Origin: Chrysomallon squamiferum | Lineage: Eukaryota; Animalia; Mollusca | DNA: 64,000 nt | Reading direction: 5' to 3' | NCBI GenBank assembly: GCA_012295275.1 | Contig: CM022670.1 | Span: 38,440,001 to 38,504,000, forward strand | Shown here: positions 59,101-64,000 of the stretch, one piece after another | Layout: the number at the start of each line of letters is the position of its first letter | Position numbering within the stretch: the first letter of the stretch is position 1 | The notes under the pieces: generated by a model | Told to the model about the DNA's origin: nothing | Databases searched by the model: none | The model's input: the letters and a program-made list of their open reading frames with translations, nothing else | Position numbers and translations under genes: made by a program

Positions 59101-62100
59101 ATATATATGACATTTTTTTTCTGTAAGTTTATCAAACTTGCATTTATATTTAAAATAAAATGTAGCTGATCTTAGATTCTCTTGGAGTATTTTACTTCAG
59201 TTAGTAATGTAGGTAATTATGACCTGTTTTATGACAATAAATCCTATATATTAATATTACTGTGAATGTTAAATATCTTGTTTTAATGTTAAGCTGGACA
59301 TTTTTTCTGTCTGTTATATGGATATTACACATTAACAGATGGATCAATATATAAAAATAAATTACAATGTTTAGAAATTGTTTAAAGATTTCTAAATAAA
59401 AATAGTTAAAATTTGTATAAACAAAATAGAAAACAAAAGTGGGATAAAAAATTTGAAATTATAAATTAACAGTATGTGTAATGTACATTTAATATTAAAA
59501 TATTTTACTAAATTTTATAACTTAATATTATTTTTAATTATTGTTAAACCGCTTTTCTAAAACAAGTTCATTAGATATGCAAAAAGGAAAACAAAAAAAC
59601 AACAAAAAAGAAAGAAAAAAAAAGCTCTCTATTTGCTTATATAATTTAGAATGTTTTTACATACATTTGTTAACTGATACTCTTTTACAAAAAGAAATGT
59701 ATTCGAATACTAATAAGAAATATGCAGTTTACTCCTGTTTGTTTTTGTTTTTTTTAAAACATGTCAGACTGCATTTACGAATACAGTTTATTACAAAAAC
59801 AAATAAAGAAGAAGATGTAATGATAATTTTTAAAAAGGACTGTGTGTTCTAAACTGAATACAGCCATCTCAAATTCTCAGTCACTTCTATAATTCATGTG
59901 GCTGGTTAAAACAGGTTTTTGCTCCACTACTTCGTGTTTTTGCTTGTTGCTAGTCATATAGTAGGTTGGTTGGAGCTGTTTCAACTGGTCTACCTCAGGG
60001 TGTGAGGCTCTCCAGGAGAGGGTCGCGTGTCTGTGCTGCAGAGAAAATGGCAGATGTTTTCATTTAGCTCTTGTGTTCAAATATTCTAGGATAATCTTCA
60101 GTATTTTTGTAAACAAAAGTTCAGAAGGGTTGAAATAACATAAAATGTTAAAGATATATATAAGAATGTAATTTTTTATTGTTTTTTATTTATTTATAAT
60201 TTATTTTAGTTTCTAGTATAACTATCAAATCAAATGTTAATAAGGCTGGTCAGATTAGAAATTATTTACTGAAAAGCTTTTGTTTCATGTACAGATGGAA
60301 TTCTGAGCAGATGTTCTTTGTGTTGTTGTTTCTGTTGCTTTCCACTTTTTTCTTCTTCTTGTTCTTCTACTTGTTATTAATTAACTTTATTTATTTATTT
60401 ATTTATTTATTTATATTTTATTTATTACTGAATAGACAAAAAAGAAAAAGATATACAGTGTTTTTAAAAACTTTGATGGCAAAGCATGTCATATACTGAC
60501 AGTTATTTTTAAATGTATATTGGGCTTCCTTAATTTCTTGCATTCTTGATTTGTGATATAAGATAAAAGTGGTTTTGTGAACTTCTTTATTTCTGAATAC
60601 ATACTGTATATGTTTTGACTTTAAAAATTATTATACATTTTAGATATTAAAATAATTAATTTTGATTATTGTTGTAGTTCTGAAATTGCTAGTTTCATAA
60701 CTTTTATATTACATCATTTAATAATAATATGTTTCAGGTTTTTGAAAATAGATATTTAAGATCTAAAATCTTTATTGTTCTAAAGGAATTTTTGTGTTAC
60801 TTGTGTTTTCTAAGAACTATGATTCCTTTGTTAAAACAGAACTGTAGATTTTAAAGCAACAAGGAAATAATAATGACAATAAAAGTAGTAACAGCATTAG
60901 TATAACATTCTAGAGAAAAAAACATTAATAATAAAAAAAAGAAAAAGAAACAAGTCAGAATTTCCAGCTGATAGATTAATGATGTTTGTGGTCAGATTTG
61001 GCAAAACAAATTTAACTGTGGTTAGGTTATGTAACTAGTTCCTCATAAAATCATCATGATGCAGAATTAAATACATTAATATCTCTGTTATAATGACAGT
61101 GCATCTTATAAATTAAAAATGGAACACAGAGTACACTTTAACTATGCAGAAAAGTCAAACAAGGAAAAGCTATATTAGTACACAGTGAAAATGCTTTGTC
61201 ATTTATCTGTCAGATTTTTTATACTTTTTTTTAGATGAGAATAAAAGCACTGTTGGCCATTATTTAAATAATAAATAAATGCATTTTTAAAAACAGATTC
61301 AGAATAATTTTGAAATGTAAAAGAAAAAGACTCTGCCATGATAACTTCATGATCTGTAATGTAATAGTTGAGGTCACCCGTGTGGAGCCTCACTTATGAT
61401 CTTGGGCCTGGCTGACGTGCAGTAGTTTGAGCTCACCCTGGATGCATAGATTCTTCCAGTCAGCTGACTCAGCCATTGCACACACATTAAGCCTCCCCAT
61501 TTTTATATCTCTTTTCTATTTTGCATAAATAATTCTTCTACCTTTTGTGTTCAACTTTATAAACTTTTGTTGAAAATCAATTATTCCATTTTTTTTAAAT
61601 TTCTTTTTTCTTTTTCTTTCGTGTTACTTTTTTTTTTTTTTTTGTAGTTCCTAGTTAGATTTGGAAAAAAAATTAACATGGAGCAGTTATTGTCAGATTA
61701 TTGTTTTGGGGTTCTGTTTTTCAGAAGAAACTTGCAGTTAAAATTCCACTGTAATGTTTTTTTTATTAACAAAATTTAATATTTTGATGTTAATGTAGTA
61801 AAAGTAGGCCTATATTTCAAAAAAAGAGAAAAAAAAAATATAAAAAAAGAAGAAAGAAAGAAAGGAAGGAAGAAGAAGAAATAAAGTGTCACTTTATTGC
61901 AGTAGAAAACAGAAAGGTCCAACAGACACAGTTGTCTGCACATAGAGAAAACTCGACACACTTTGTTTAAATTATTCAAGATAAACTATATTTACTTTAT
62001 GCATAGAAACCCTGAGGGTGTCAAATGTACTGTACTGATGATGCATCTGGAAAAACAGAAAAAAAAAAGAAAAAGAAGAATGACATAAATGATGATCTGA

Positions 62101-64000
62101 CATGCACTTTTGGGGCTTCTGAAATCATCCAGAATGTGTTCAAGGAATATTAATTAATGAATATTAATGATGCATTTTAATATTAATGGTCTTGAGATCT
62201 ATCATCCAAGTACAGAAATGTGAAAGACAACTGAACACAGCTATGTTAGACATTTTTGTTTTTTACTGTGATGGTAAAAACAACCAGACTATATAATTCA
62301 GCTGTAAGCTTAATTTGGGTAAATTGTTAGATGCAACAACTTTGCCGTGTAATATGTTAAATTCTATAAAATTTTTAAAATCTTGACATTTCTGTCTGTT
62401 CCTTTTTTTCTTTCTTTCTTTTTTTTTTTTTAATTTAAATATAGAGAAATTATAAAAAAATATATATATATAAAAAAAATACAAGTTTTTATGATTAAAC
62501 CTTTCTTTTTTTTTCTTTTTCAATTTTCACATTTCATTTTTTTTTATATCTCATCTGCCGCAGTTGTCTTCCTGATTTTGTACAATAAATTGCAAAAGTA
62601 CTTTTTTTTAAATTTTATTCCATTTCTTTTTTTTTTTAAATGATCAGACACTCAAAATGTATACTTGTAAAAATAGAAATTTTAGAAACCAAAAAAGAAC
62701 AAGCAATAGGTTAATGGTTAAACATAAAGCTCTACACCATTCCTTTTTTTTTTTGTAACCAGCACTCTAGTTTATCAAAGCCATGGTATGTACTCTCCTG
62801 TCTTTTGTGAAAGTCCACATAATTCATAAAAAATAATAAAAATAAAACCAGACTTGATGCTAAAAGAAGATAACTCCATAACAGGACAAAACTGTATTTT
62901 TTTTTGTTTTTACCTAATTGTACAACAGATAGGTCTTGCTGCAGATCCTAATTCTGATCTAGTTGTTGAGTAAAAAGAAAAATGACTTAAAACATACAAG
63001 ATTGCATAATACTTAAGTAAGATGATGTTATTGAGACTGAAGTACCGCACTGAAGCAGGATTTAATTGTGGATTAATTGCTTGTTGAGATGATTTATTTA
63101 AGTCTTTGTGGACAAAGTAGGAAAGAGGAAAGGAAGTAGGTAATATCAGGAAGTAAGTTGAGCTATGACAATACACATTTCTCTTCGACTCAGCTTAATA
63201 ATCCATTAAACATGTCTTTAATTAATCGTCTCTGACACTAAGTGTGCAGTTTGTAATGTCCTGAGGACAACAAGCCAGACTTTTATTTGATCTCTGGTGT
63301 TCTTTTTTCCCTGTTGTTTTTAAAAAAAACAAAATGGGGGGGGAAAGAAAAGATAATAAAAAAATTTACCTTCAGTGCATTAAACAGGATGATGATCTTT
63401 TGTATGTTTGCCCATGTGTGTGTTTCTGGGTACGTTGTCATCTTTAATTTATTTGTTTTAAAAAAATTGCTTTTAATATTGACCTCCATGTAAAATGCTT
63501 ATGTAGGGTTATATAATAACAACAGAACAAATAATTAACTGTTTCTTCAGTACTTTCTTTATTTCACAAAAAAGGAACAACCCAAGAATTTAAAAGTCAT
63601 GATTCTGAATGGTTTATACAAGTTACAGGTTTATACTTCAAATTGTTTTTGCTTTTTTATAAATCAAGAAAATAATTATAAGTTCATCTTAACCTCTGTA
63701 CTTTGTTGTATGTGATCAAAGGTCATAAATTTTGAACTGTACTTTATAAAACTTTTTCATCTTGCAAAATAATCTTTCAAGTAAATCATAAACCATTGCA
63801 TTACATTTCAGTAATGAGTTTATTTTTCTTCTGTTTTTCCTTTTTTTTTTATTTATTTTTCTTTTCTTTTATTTATTTATTCATATTTTGAAGTTTTTCT
63901 CCATTTATAATTAACAAAGGCTCATTATGTTATTAATTCAAGTATTGAGTTTTTGGCACATTTACTTCGAAATATTTGGCACTTTGGCTAAGTTAATTTC

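Overview
AT-rich, microsatellite-dense eukaryotic (metazoan, probably molluscan; taxon inferred, not proven) genomic DNA. No prokaryotic features or CRISPR. Three spliced genes were reconstructed by hand with phase-consistent junctions. (1) A PHF24/GINIP-like gene (minus, 7 exons, 22403->15553, ~666 aa) with a one-base frame discrepancy in exon 1, a probable GC-AG intron and a ~320-aa C-terminal extension. (2) ATG10 (minus, 6 exons, 31521->26395, 207 aa, HPC catalytic motif). (3) The 5' part of an SSBP2/3/4 (Ssdp) gene (plus, 5 exons, 32766->43352, then a >20 kb intron running off the window), head-to-head with ATG10 as SSBP2/ATG10 are in human. The most notable feature missing from the ORF track is a pair of near-identical 137-nt U8 (SNORD118)-like C/D snoRNA genes in convergent orientation (10801-10937 +, 14257-14393 -). 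Each has conserved promoter-like blocks, and together they bracket an intronless 317-aa orphan ORF. Also present: a second intronless orphan ORF (283 aa), a Tigger/MER46-like MITE, a 3.8-kb higher-order satellite, several minisatellites, intronic inverted repeats and GC-rich, motif- or structure-rich intronic islands. All homology calls are from recalled sequences, not database searches.
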